In this document: positions 11,901 to 25,368 of the stretch, piece after piece
Layout: each line of letters starts with the position of its first letter
How positions within the stretch are numbered: position 1 is the first letter of the stretch
Source: Conidiobolus incongruus B7586
Taxonomy: Eukaryota
Assembly: GCA_000697335.1 (NCBI GenBank)
Contig: JNEM01013901.1
Coordinates: 1 to 43,051, forward strand
Length of the DNA stretch: 43,051 nt
Reading direction: 5' to 3'
Notes under the pieces: model-generated
The model's input: the letters and a program-made list of their open reading frames with translations, nothing else
Database searches by the model: none
What the model was told of the DNA's origin: nothing
Translations under genes and position numbers: made by a program

Positions 11901-12807
11901 ATATTGATATTTTGAAATCTTGAAAACTTAAATATTAATAAGTTATAGCCATTCATGAATATTCGTGATTTAAAAATAATTTTTCATATTAGATGATTTA
12001 TAGTTAAATAATTTTTATTTTGCTCAAAATTTTGATAAATCATAAATTTAAATATTCATCATAAGTCTTCATTAATATTTGATATAATTTAATTCAATTA
12101 ATTTAAAAAAGGTCTTCAAAATGGTAATTGCTATTGATTTTCCTGTATAGGCAATAATATTTATTTAGATAAATCAGTTAGAACTGAATCAGGATAGGGT
12201 ACAACCTGTCTTATCCGCGATAATTGACTACAGCTCGCGAATGTTTTTATTTTGACTCTATAATTATACAATTATTGAGAATACCAATAATTCTCAAATA
12301 ATTCTCATATATTATTTATAGAATTATCTATATTTGATCTTAAACTTATCGATAGTAAATCTATTGACTTATGTTCTTTCTTCTGTAATATTGATTCAAA
12401 AAATAATTTATTCTTCATTTAAACGAATAACAGAGAAGTGTTAAAATGACCAGTAGTAAATTATTCAGTTTTATATGATGTTGCAAAAATATCTCAAATA
12501 TTAAAGATAGTTTTTCATTAAAGTTTTTCCTTCAGGTCCCAATATTATTGTGGGTTTGAGAAGTGACATGGAAATCGCAAAAAGCAGCCAATTAGAATTT
12601 AATTTGTGGGAAGTTTTATTATGATAACTTGAACAAATTCAATAAACATTCGTCAATGTGTGATCTCAATAAGGCTTCATCCTTAAGACTTGAATTAATT
12701 ACACCAATAATAATATTGCATATCATCTTATTGATCATATAATACCATATACAAAATATTAGTTGTTTAATCAGTGTGTAATATTAATAATTTATTTTTA
12801 TTGACAA

Positions 12808-15800
12808 ATGGCTGCTCCTCCTCCTAATCCCAACCAATATCCTTATCATAACGGAACACCGTTATCACCTCCTCAACAAAATCAACATCCTCATCACCCT
12901 AATCATCCTCAACCTGGCCCTTTTAGACCTAATATCACTTCCCCTAATGCTAGACCACATCCTCCTCCCCAGCAATATCCTCCTCCTCCAAGACCATATC
13001 CTGGCCAACCAATAAGTCCTCAGAATCAACCACCATATCCAGGTCGCCCTCATCCTCAACATCCCGCTACTCAATCACCTCAGCACCATCCTTATCCTCC
13101 TAATCCTAACGTAAGACCCATGGGACCTGGGCCAAGACCATTCGCTCGCCCTCCTCTTCCTCCTCAAAATCAACAAAATCAATTCCCTCCTCAAGCACCA
13201 GGTGCTGAACTTCATGTACCTGCTGATACTCTTTCTCCAGTTGGTTCTTCCGGTCCTGCTACTTCCAATGTTGGAACTCCAGGAGCTACTCATTCTGCTT
13301 CCACAAGACGTAGATTATATCCAGAACAAATGGCCAATGCGTACATCAACAATCAACCATCAGAGCCCATCACTGCTAATCATTACAACCCAGCAAATCC
13401 CATGGAACCTCAGGTATTCGTTCCTGGAGCTCCTGTTCCCACTATGCCCAATACTACACAATATCCTGGTCAACAGCCTCAAATTAATAATTTTGGTCAA
13501 ACTCAACCTGATATCAATTCTTTGACTGGACAAATGGCCAATGTCCAATTAAACCAAGTAGCAATGGTATATAATATAAATAACTTCTCTTGTATTGTTC
13601 AATGTAAATACTAAATTTTTTTTTCAAAATTTAGACCCCTACTGTTCCATTATTAAATGTTAAGCCAAGCATGAATGATCTCAAAGTCCCACCCCCTCAA
13701 ATTAAGCTTCCCCCTGGTGTAAATAATATCAATAATACAAATTTTAATTTAATTCTTATATTAGATTACTAGGTTGCCTTAACTCAATCCGAATTTTTGA
13801 CCTGTGATCCCGCTCAAAAGAGATCTACAGTTAATGCATTCCCAGCTACTCCCGCTTTAGTTAAAAAGGCCAAGATTCCTTTGGGTTTAGTTATTGTTCC
13901 CCACAAGACTTTGGAAGAACATGAGGTATTTTGGTTTAACTTATATTTTAAAAATGAATATATGATTTTTACCAATTTTTATTTAGCACATTCCCGTCGT
14001 TACCGAAATTGTTAGATGCCGTGCCTGTAGAACTTATATTAATCCTTTCATCACTTTTATTCAACATACTAAATGGCGTTGTAATGTTTGTCACGTTCAA
14101 AATGATGGTATTACTTAAATTTTTATGTTTAGTCTCTTTGATTGAAAAAAATCATATTTTTAGTTCCCCAATCTTTTGATTATGATTTAATCTCTCGTCA
14201 ACCAATTGATAGATTACAAAGACCTGAATTAAATTACTCTATTGTCGACTATCTTGCTCCAACTGAATATATGGTAAATAATGATGTATGGATCATCTAA
14301 TTAAGGCTAAGTTTTCTATTTAATTATAGGTCCGTCCTCCTCAACCTCCTATTTATGTTTTTGTAATTGATGTATCTTTTGCCTCTAATCAAAATGGTGA
14401 CACATATTTTAAAATACTTGATATTATATAAACTAATTTTTACCTAAGGCATGCTTGGTATCACTGCCAAAACAATTTTGGAAAGCTTGGATCGCATTCC
14501 CAATCAAGATAACCGTGTTAAAGTTGCTTTCATTACCTTTGATTCATCCGTCCATTTCTATAAATTATCAGTAAGTAATCATGCTATCATTTTGGCGTAA
14601 TTATTAAATCTGCTTAGGGCGAAGCATCTGAACCTCAAATGTTGGTTTGCCCAGATTTGGAAGAAGTCTATCTTCCTCAACCGGATGATTTATTAGTCAA
14701 CTTGGTTGAAGCTCGTCCATGTATTGAAGCTTTCCTTAGCCGCTTGGGTTTAATGTTCAGCCAAACTCATAACGTTTCAAGTGCTTTGGGACCTGCTCTC
14801 CACTCCGCCCATAAGTTGCTTGTAATATTATTCATTATTTTTAATCAATTATATCTAATCATACTTTCAGGCACCTTTTGGTGGTAAAATTGCTGTTTTC
14901 CAATCCACTCTTCCCACTCTTCAAAGTGGTGACTTGACTACTCGTGAAGATGCCAAATTACTTGGAACTCCCAAGGTAAATTTCAGTAATATAACTTCTA
15001 CTAGACCTTGTTAATGAGTTTTTAACTTAGGAATCTTCCTTATTACTTCCTGCTAATAACTTCTATAAGAATTTTGCTTTGGATTGCTCTAAAGTTCAAA
15101 TTTGTGTTGATATGTTCTTATTTGGAAATCAATACCTCGATGTTGCTACTCTTTGTAAGTATATTAATTTAAACACAATTAAATTTTATTTAACACTATT
15201 TTTATAGCTTCTGCCGCCAAATTCACTGGAGGTCAATTATACTATTATTCTGGATTTAATCAAAATCGTTCAGAAGATGTTAATAAGTATAGTTATGAAC
15301 TAGGACAATTCCTAAGCAACCCCATTGGATTAGAAGCTGTATTAAGAGTTAGATGCACTCGAGGAATCCGTGCTAATACATACTATGGCAATTTCTTCCT
15401 CAGATCTACTGATCTTATTGCTCTTCCCAATGTCACTCCCAACCACGCTTACACTGTAGAATTGGCTCTTGATGAAAAGATAGAAACCTCTACTGTATAC
15501 TTCCAAACTGCTCTCTTGCATACTTCATGCTACGGTGAAAGAAGAATTCGCGTTATGACAATGGCTCTTCCTGTTACTAACAGTATTTCCGAACTTTACC
15601 AATCTGTTGATCAACAAGCCCTAGCCACATTTATTGCTAAGAAGGCTGTCGATCGTGCTGTTAATTCCAAGTTAGATGATGCCAGAGAAGCCATTCTCTA
15701 TAAGTGTGCTGAATTATTATACACTTTTAAGACTGAATTGACCACTGCTAACTCTGGTGCCACTACCACACTTCCTATCTATGCCAATATTGCTCTCTAT

Positions 15801-16456
15801 CCATTATTTTCTTTGGCTATGCTTAAACATGTTGCTTTGAGAGGAGGATCATCTATTGGTACTGATGCTAGAACTGCTGCTATTAACCTGATCAATATCC
15901 TCCCTACCGAGCAACTTATTACATATTTATTGCCCAAGTTTTATAGTTTACATGATCTCGCCCCTGAAGTAATTTTAATTCCTTTTAAATATTTATCATT
16001 TACTAATATTTCATCTAGTTTGGAGTTGCTGACTCAAATGGTCAAGTTCTCCTTCCTCCTGCTCTTCCCCTACGAGGCGAATTCATTCAAAACAATGGTA
16101 TCTACATGCTTTACAATGGTCAAGCCATACTATTATATGTTGCCCACGCTGCTGATCCCGATCTATTGATGAATCTCTTCGCTGTTGCCTCCTATGGCGC
16201 TCTTTTCGGTGGTAAGGTCACATTACCCCAATTAGACAATCCCTTCTCCAAGCAAGTCCATGGTATCATCAACCAACTTAGGAAGCAAGATCGCAACACT
16301 TTCTACCCCGAGTGCTACGTTGTCAAAGAAGATGGCGACCCTACTCTCAAACTTATGCTCAACACCTGGTTGGTTGAAGATCGCTCCAACAATGTCCAAG
16401 ACTATAATGCTTTCACTTTACAACTCAGGGAAAAGGTCAACTCTGAAAAATTTTAA
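12808..16456 (+). CDS. SEC24: COPII coat subunit Sec24. Exons 12808-13566, 13635-13718, 13773-13925, 13987-14107, 14164-14273, 14330-14396, 14449-14570, 14618-14821, 14871-14975, 15031-15154, 15208-15968, 16019-16456
   Basis: Pro/Gln-rich N-terminus with RRRLYP. Zinc finger [14 protein letters not shown]...[44 protein letters not shown]-terminal LVEDR. Eleven in-frame GT-AG introns. Confidence 0.96.
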
Positions 16457-19218
16457 ATAATTTCACAACGTATGGATATCATCATAAAATTTAAATATTA
16501 ACCTAAATCTTTTGAAACAAAATTACAATAAAATTTTATAGTGATTAGTCACTTTATTGTATAATATATTTAGATCCTGTATGTTGATTTGATTTACTAA
16601 AACAACACTACATCAAAGTCACACATGAAATTACAAATTTTTTATTATATTGTATTAACATTTAAGTTAATTATTGTATCAAATATTCTAAATAATATTA
16701 AATTGACTTCTATCAATTTATATCTGTATAGCTTAATTCTAATTATTTCTAGAGTTTATTTGAGTATATATTACTTGATAATCTAAATAACTTTGATTTT
16801 AAGCCACTATTCAATTTTATTATTGAGTTTGAATATCTGTCTAATCGAATTCATGTATTTTCACAATGTATTTATTTTATTAATCCCTTGCAAAACTGAT
16901 ATAATTTATCGGGATTGTTAAAAAGTGTGTCTACAATCTATTATAAGTATATTTATATTTATTTCAATTTCACACTAATTTAGCCTTATTTTTATTTGAA
17001 ATTGAAAATATCTCTAGAATTATATGATATCAAATAATACTTGCATTTTATTCATGAGAATCAAAAATTGAGATATGGCAATTTTGTGTGCATTTCACAT
17101 CGATTATTGATTTTGGATAATATGCAATAAAGTAGATAAAATATATAGTTTCAAAATATAACTACCATTGAACCAGATCAATTTATAAGAAATTACATCA
17201 AATTAATTCAACAAGAGTTATATTAAAATACTAAATTAGTGACTTTTCAACCAATTGATAATTTAACCTGATAAATTAATTAAAAATATAATAATATATT
17301 GTGTATTAGTAATTTCTTCTTGATTATAGCAAACATAAATTCTTAAAAATAGATATTACAAACTTATTAAAAAGTGAATTAATTGATATATAATATAAAA
17401 AAGTCAATTATCTCGGATTTAAATTCTCTGTTTGATAAGGTTAAATATTTTAATTTGTATATTTTATAATCAAGGATTACAAATAGTTTGTTAATTTCAA
17501 TAAAATTAACTGGACACTCAATATACTTATAGCAATTATACATTTTCAAAGAATCTTTAGCATATAATGTATATTTTACTAGGTAAATAATAGAATATTT
17601 ACTATTAGGCTAATAATTAAATTTGTTAGATGTTAAAATTGAATTTGATCGAACTCAAAACTCTTTAACTCAAAGATTATAGTTGAAAATATTAATTTTA
17701 CAGTATAATTTGTATTAATTGAATTCAAAGTAAGTAACTATACATCTGGAGTTATTATATATAACATTTTATCACTAATTATCATTGGATATTAAATTAT
17801 ATATACATTTTAGTAATAATTTAACAATATAAATAATGAATTGAAATTTCAAAGCTAATTTTTAATTCTGTTTAAGAAAATATTAATATGAAAATGTTTT
17901 TGGTAAATATATGATTTTACCAAGTTAAACGCATAATAAAAACGAATATCGATTATCATTCAAAATATTAAATATCTTATTTAAGTCAATTAATTTGGAA
18001 CAACATAATTTCCAACTCAATTTAACGTTATCAAGATTTAATGAATACAGTTGGGGAAAATGTAACTTGTGAATTGATAAAAAACGTCCCCAAAATATTT
18101 AACTTATCAAGTAGTACATCCTTTGATTTATCATGTCATGTAACATTGTAAACTATTGCTAGTGTATAATTGATTAGCTCTGATTACATTGAGGATTTGT
18201 CTATGTAATAAGATCGTGTTGGAGTCCTTTATAAAAATTCTATGTTAGTTAATCTATATGATATCATTTAAGTAATATGAAAATTGTAAAAAATATATCG
18301 GATATTTGTTCGCTTTAAGATTAGATTGAAATTGAATACATGCTATTGGTAAGCATATTTAATTCAATCTGATATTGTTACTATCGAATACTTCCTATAA
18401 TATCCGATTCAAAACGGTCTACCCCGATCTGATATTCAACTTGGTTAAATGAAAGGATTATGTGATATATAAATACACTTACTTTGATATTATTTTAACT
18501 AATAAGATTATTAATTCTTAACGAATTAAGCGAATTTTGAATAAGCCGATTATGAAATATTGACTAATTGAATAAGATTATATAATTATACCGATAAGGT
18601 ACCATAGACTTGCAAGGAATCACAATTAACCAATAAACTTTTTAATGATTTCACATTTTATCTATTAACAGTTAATAATTAGTATTTAAAAATGATTGAG
18701 ACTGAACGTAAAAACGTATTCCCATACATAAAATAAATGCTGATAAATTTAACAAATAAAGGAAATCATTCGATAAAAAATATATTAAAAGTATCTTATA
18801 AAATCCATGAATTAGTTAATTGACTATTTTAACTCAAAAACCAATTTTAATAATTTCCCCACTTATTTGAAATTTTCAAGCTTTTGAAAATTTAATTAAT
18901 CATCAAGTTCACGTAATACCAATTGTACCAATTGAACAAGGAATAAAACTTAGTACCTGATTTAATCAGGTATGTACTATTAATTGAGAGTATATAAATA
19001 CAAATAGTATTACAGTTAATTGAACGTTTGAAATTGATCGGTAATTTTTTATTTGATTTGGGTCATACATTCATAGTGTGTAGTGATAATTAATTAAGTG
19101 ATTCTAAAACCATAGTATCACGTAATTGATCTTTTTCTCTTTTTCAGTGTTTATCCGTTGTATTATTAAAATTTACTTTGACTACCTTTTCTTTACTTAT
19201 TAAATTATATAATAAATT

Positions 19219-21227
19219 ATGCTAACATATCGATCTAAACCTACTCAGAGAAGTATTGCAATAGTAGCTAATGTGATCATCTTTGGATTCAGATTTATTC
19301 AATCTTCTCCACTCTCATTTGCTTTAAACTCTTCCAACAAAAAGGGAAAGAAGAACAGTGGTGAAGACGAAGTAGACTTCAGCGACCCTTGGAACTTTTG
19401 GCCTAGAATTTTATTATTATTTATTTTGTTATGTATTGCAGCAGTTTTAGCAGGTAATATGTATATAAGTTTTAGTTATTGGTGATATTTATTTTATGAT
19501 ATAGGGTTGACTATTGGTCTGATGAGTTTAGACGAGACCAATTTAGAAATTTTGAAAAAGTCAGGGTCTCCCGAAGAACGCAAGTACGCTGCCAAAATTG
19601 AGCCCTTGCGCAAGCAGGGCCATTTTGTTCTATGTACACTCCTTTTAAGTAATGTAGTCGTCAACGAAGCTTTACCGGTTTTGATGGATCCTGTTATTGG
19701 AGGTGGTTGGCAAGCTGTTTTGGGAAGTTCTGCTCTATTAGTAGTATTCGCTGAGTAAGTAAACAAATGGATTATATTCTAAATTATAAAATTGAAGCTT
19801 GCATTAATATAGAATTATTCCACAAGCTATTTTTACTAAACACAGCTTGATGATCGGTGCGAAATTGGCTTGGTAATTATATTCACTAATGGATTTATTC
19901 AGTTGGATCAATAATTAATTTTAGGTTGGTGCGATCTTTAATGTTTCTGATGTATCCCCTAGCATATCCAATTGCCTATCTTTTGGATCGTATGCTCGGT
20001 GAATCTCACAGGACAGTGTATTGTAGAGCTGAGCTCAAAGAACTTGTTAGTATGCACGACAAGGAATTGATTCCAGAAGAAGTTCGCATTATTCAATCTG
20101 TATTGGATCTTAGGGAAAAGAGTGCAGTAGTCAGTATGACTCATCTTAAGGATGCATTTATGTTAGATTGGGAAGATGTGATCGATCGTGATACAATCGA
20201 AAGAATATTATCTAAAGGCCACAGTCGAGTCCCAGTATACTATAAGGAGAGATATAATATCATTGGGATGGTTTTAGTCAAAAGATTAGTCGCTGTGAAA
20301 CGAGGAACACCAGTCCGGAAAATCCCCCTGAGTCCACTATTGGCTTTCTCCTCCACCACTCCCTTATTTGAAATTATGAATATCTTCCAACAGGGTAAAA
20401 GTCACATGGCCACAGTTTATGAAAAAACAACAGGAACAGAAAAAGCGATTGGTATTATCACACTTGAAGATGTTTTAGAAGAATTAATTGGTGGTGAAAT
20501 TGTCGATGAAACTGATGAATATTTCAGTAACGATGGTAAGGTCAAAGTTGTGAGACAACTCAAGCGCAATAGCTTTATTCAATCATCAGCAAGTCCCAGA
20601 TTACATCTTCTCAATGAGAATCCCAATATAATTTGTAAACCAGTTTCTCCAAATCCAAATCTAACTACAAATATCCCTGGACAGTCACACATCCCACAGA
20701 TTATTAAAACTGATTCATCTCAATCTCCACAAGATGGAGATTTAGTCTTAGTAACTGCAATCCCAGGAAAATCGTTTATGGGACGAGTTATTGACCCTTA
20801 CGAAGATTTGGATTACATTCGACAGCCAAATGCTGGAAACTATGGTAGTTTGGCACACACTAAAGGTCCCCTTCTAGTTGTTCCATCTGTCAATCCGCCT
20901 TGCGCAGATCCTTCCGTCCATCTATTGGACTACAACAGACATCCAGAACCTCAATACCACTGTAGCCTCATTCATCCCCACAACCATACAATAAGACCTA
21001 AAAGCAAACATTCGCATAAGTCTCCAAAGAAAAAACGGTCTCAAATATTACCAATACTGAGTAATGAAGACAATTCGGAAAATGATCTTACATCCGGTGT
21101 AAACACCCCTAGAACGGAGTGCGAAACTAGCCCTCAGCCGAAAATACCCCCTTTCCCACAACCTGCCAAAGAATTTAAACCCATTATTAACGAAAATACC
21201 AAATTACTTACGAATCAGAGTAATTAA
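19219..21227 (+). CDS. MAM3: MAM3/CNNM-family DUF21 + CBS-domain metal (Mg/Mn) transport protein. Exons 19219-19453, 19505-19754, 19813-19872, 19925-21227
   Basis: AGLTIGLMSLD, LCTLLLSNVVVNEALP, FAEIIPQA, GHSRVPVY, FQQGKSHMA and GIITLEDVLEELIGGEIVDETD motifs. Three in-frame GT-AG introns. Confidence 0.9.
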
Positions 21228-22044
21228 TCTATTTATCTGTAAAAAATTATTATCATACATAATATAAATTAGTTTATTATCATTATATCACATATAAAAA
21301 TTTCATTTTCTAGGATTATAAAATATTAAAACTTTTAAAAATATTTATTTTGTTACAATTTCAGCTGTAGATCAATTTTTATCAAAACATTTTTACTAAA
21401 TTAATTATGTCAGTAATCAAAAAGATCATTAAAATATCATCTTATGAATAAAATATGTGATAATTCTAAACTTAGCATTTAAGACAAAAATATTCATTAT
21501 TGAACTTTTTGTAAGCATGATATAAAATTTATAATTGATATCAGTATATGGTACAATTCAATATATAATGAGGGTAGCTATTGCCTTGAGAATTATAATA
21601 AAATCTTGTTTTTATCTGTAATTGGTAACTTACCTATTTTCTTGAAATTTTTGAAACAAATGATTAATTTGCTAAGTACCTACTACCCAAATAAAGTATC
21701 TATCATCAAATTGTATTACAATTTTTGAATGATATCCAAATTTACCAAGTTTGGTAATATATCAAATTTTAATTAAATAGATAATTTAATATAAACGTGG
21801 TTCAAACAATGACTAAAATTTAAATAAAAAGAAAGGATAATTTAATAATGGTAAAATAATGTTGATGATATTCGTAATAAAAATAATTCACATATTAATG
21901 ATAAAATGATTAACAATGAAGTAAAAAGTTTTATTTTTGAAAATTTTTCTATAATTGAAATAAACAATTTTGGTGGAAAGCTTTGATGAAAAGAAATTTT
22001 GAAATATTAATTAAATTTACAAGGCTTGCACTATGGTAACAGTA

Positions 22045-22872
22045 TTAAAGATGTTGAATGTCGTCTAAAATGCTGCCCCAGCTGGTAGACTTATATTGGA
22101 AGAAAAACTTTGGCGAGGGGGGAGGGCTGTTGAAGTTGGTCGATTTGGGCGAGGATGCGATGGGGGCGAAGGGTTTAGCGAGAGGGGAAATAGCGGTCAA
22201 GAGCGATTGGGGTGGGTTGGGATCGGTTGAAAGGGTGTGGCTGTGCACATTGCGGCACTTGTCGCCAAATCTGCAACGATTTTCGAGGAAGAAGGTGCAG
22301 TGTGTCTCATCTACAAATGGAGTTGCCTTGCGCCAGAAATCGGGTGAGAAGGTCGAGATACTGGGAGAGTGAGATGTTTGAGAGGCGTTGAAGTTATCTT
22401 CGTCGCCTGATTCGGAGAATGCAAGATTGGACTGGAATATCTCATTTAAAATATCCTCTTCGTGCTCCAACCAAAGGTCGAGCTCACTTGTTCTGGAGTG
22501 ACGGTTGGATGAAGAGGTTGAGGTCATGGAAAGATCCGATAAATCCTCATTGGAACTAATGGTACTTTGGCTATCAGAATGATCGTCAGTATTGGATTCG
22601 TGCAAGTATCTGCATTCTGAGCCGAAACGGCAAATGCCCTTGAGATAGAATTTACATGGAACAGTTTTTAAATTGGATTTTTGAGACAAGGAACCAGAAA
22701 GGGACTGAGCCAACAAATTGCGAAGAGCATTTTGCTGAGCAATGGCATTGTGAACGGCTGTGTCCAAGTGGACAAACTGGCATTTTGCACCGAATCGGCA
22801 ACCTTCTGGTGTTAAAAAATAGTTGCAAATAGTAGAGGTGGAGTTGTTAGTTTTAGTGGTAGTTGAAGCCAT
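22045..22872 (-). CDS. Protein with three CCCH (C3H1) zinc fingers, probably RNA-binding
   Basis: CNYFLTPEGCRFGAKCQFVH, CKFYLKGICRFGSECRYLH, CTFFLENRCRFGDKCRNVH. Intronless 275-aa ORF with raised GC. Confidence 0.9.
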   Translation of the reverse strand: MASTTTKTNNSTSTICNYFLTPEGCRFGAKCQFVHLDTAVHNAIAQQNALRNLLAQSLSGSLSQKSNLKTVPCKFYLKGICRFGSECRYLHESNTDDHSDSQSTISSNEDLSDLSMTSTSSSNRHSRTSELDLWLEHEEDILNEIFQSNLAFSESGDEDNFNASQTSHSPSISTFSPDFWRKATPFVDETHCTFFLENRCRFGDKCRNVHSHTLSTDPNPPQSLLTAISPLAKPFAPIASSPKSTNFNSPPPSPKFFFQYKSTSWGSILDDIQHL

Positions 22873-25368
22873 GATGATAAATAAGATTAGTAAAAAGAAA
22901 ACACTTGAATTTTAAAAAAGATCTATGTATCTATATCTATAATATAATCTATATAATTGTGATAAAAGAGAGGAAAGGGTGTTTATATATGAGGGAATGG
23001 GCTTAACATGTGATAGGGTTGAGCAGATTGAGCTAAACTGGATCTAAAGTTCAGAACGAGTCTATAGGACTAAATTGAAATTTCAAAGTTCAACTGAATA
23101 ATCACACAATCTGAGAGAAAGAGTTTACTAAATTAAGTAATCAAATCAGTTTCAAACTTGGTCCATTCTAAATTCAGTCCAAACTCATGCAACCTTCACT
23201 TGTCAATTAAACTGAATGTCTACACTCTGAAAAGGTGGGGATCGAACTTAGTGTTGATTCTAATTGTTCTCTAATCTTCCATTGCCTATTATGGTAACCC
23301 ACCCCATCTTTCTTTCAATTAGCTTATCCTAATTAACCCAAATACTCGTTTACATTCAGTATTTCTAACTCTTATTAAATGATATCACAATTCACATTTC
23401 CAATAGTTGTCATATATCATAAATCACATTAAATACAGTTAAATTCTATGTTAAACGGTTTTTATTTTATCACACATTAATTTTATATTATAATAGTTAA
23501 ATTTATATAATACTATATAATCTATATTTGTGTGTTAAAGTTTGATTGTGAAAATAATCTATTATAACAATCATATTTGCTATATTCCAATCATTACTTG
23601 ATTTAATCATCACAAAGCACCTTATGAATATACAATATCCATTTCAATTGTTTACGATTTACCTATTATTTTGTTTAATACGAGAGAATTATTAAGTGTA
23701 AATTTCAATATTACCACATGATTTAATCAATATTGACGATCTTTCATATTTTCGAGATGAACTGATCGTTCATTAGATTGATGTCAATTTAGAACCGCAT
23801 GGAAGTTTAACTCAATTGGATCTATTGTTAGAATTATGAGTAAACTTTGTTTAGATATTCCAAGTAGCCTAATAATATTATTGAAAATTTGTTGATTATA
23901 TCAATTAAAATTATAAAATAATTTTTAAGAGATTTTAACTTGAAATTTTTAAATTTTATTTGTGGAATAATAACAATATTTATAGTAATATTGAGTGATA
24001 TATCTTTCATTTTATAACCTTTATTCTTTGATTATTTCATTGATATATTATTGAATGATAGTTGAGATTCAAATTGATTACTTAGTGAAATATATTTAAT
24101 TTTTAGAGAGGGTTTTAAAATTTCAAAGTCATTCTAGGACATTATAAGATTGAATATTAATCAAATTCAAATATATTATATTCAATTAATTGATAGTATT
24201 ATATCCTGCAGTTATTATATTTTTCAATATTTATAAAATGAGCTTTTAAAATGATGAAGAATAAAAATTATAACTGTGGATATAACTGTTCATTACAAAA
24301 TAAGTTTATGACAATATTAATTGACTTAAATAGAATTAGCATGTGAAATAGTTTGGGAATTATGATATCTTTATAAGCATTATTAACAGTATTCAACGCA
24401 ATTTTTAATTATTTAATCAGATTTTCTATAACATAATCAAAAGTCTTAATCAAATTACAGAGAGCATATATAATACAGTTGATTAAGTCAAATATTAGTA
24501 TTTTATATTAATATAATATTAAATAATGTTCCAATTGTTTGGGTAACTTCCATATTATTAATGTATAAGTAATAAACTAAAAGTCAGCATTAATCAGAAT
24601 CAATTATAACTTAATATATAATGCTCAATTTGAAGGACATTCATTTTGTTGATTGATTATTTAAATATATCATGAAAAAACAAAGTTATTTATGAACAAC
24701 TATTAATTTAATTTTCCTAATTACTGTTTTGAATTAAATTATTTTTTGTAATTATCTTTATATGGTATAATAAAATAAATTTAATGTGAGTATTTAGACA
24801 GGAAATTTGTATTTTTTAGATTGTTAAGTTCTTTCTTAAGTATCTATTCATCTTGAATTCTTGATTGGATATAAATGCCCAAATTAAAATTTTTAAGGGT
24901 TCATTCATTCATTATTTCAATAGACTTAGTTGATTAGTATTTTCATCAAGTAGCTAAAATATCTATTTCAAATGATTCAGTTATTAAACTGTTGCATAAT
25001 GGGAGATTTCGACGTTGTTTCAGATCCTAAATATTATGTAGATATTTGATAATGAAAATTTTGATGATGTGTTAATTTGGTAAATATTATGAGAATAGTT
25101 CAATAATTCCATATTAATTTCATGATTAATTTAACTATCGATGATTCAATAATTTCATAATCAAAAAAATTCTCCACAATTTGTAAATTAGGAATTATGA
25201 TTGGTTAATTTGGGAAATGGCGTTTAACACAAAAGTGAAAAATTTAAAATAAACTTGAAAGGTTTAATGTGTATTAAGGTTGAACTCTAATTCAATTGTT
25301 TAAAGCAGCTCTATTATAACATAAAATAGCATTTATTATTAAGTTGAATCAACCTTTTTATTATTGTA

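Noticed and set aside
12430..12445. U6 ACAGAGA box
   Set aside because: Flanking U6 sequence (GATTAGCATGGCCCCTG) is absent.
12865..13548. Antisense and alternate-frame ORFs over SEC24 exon 1, and likewise those over MAM3, CCCH, SRC1, C2H2 and GH5 genes
   Set aside because: Shadow ORFs of real coding sequence, with no recognisable motifs.
18050..18095. RNase MRP-like aaaacgtcccc motif
   Set aside because: No matching downstream CR-V (GGGGCTYA) found. Only a short local inverted repeat.
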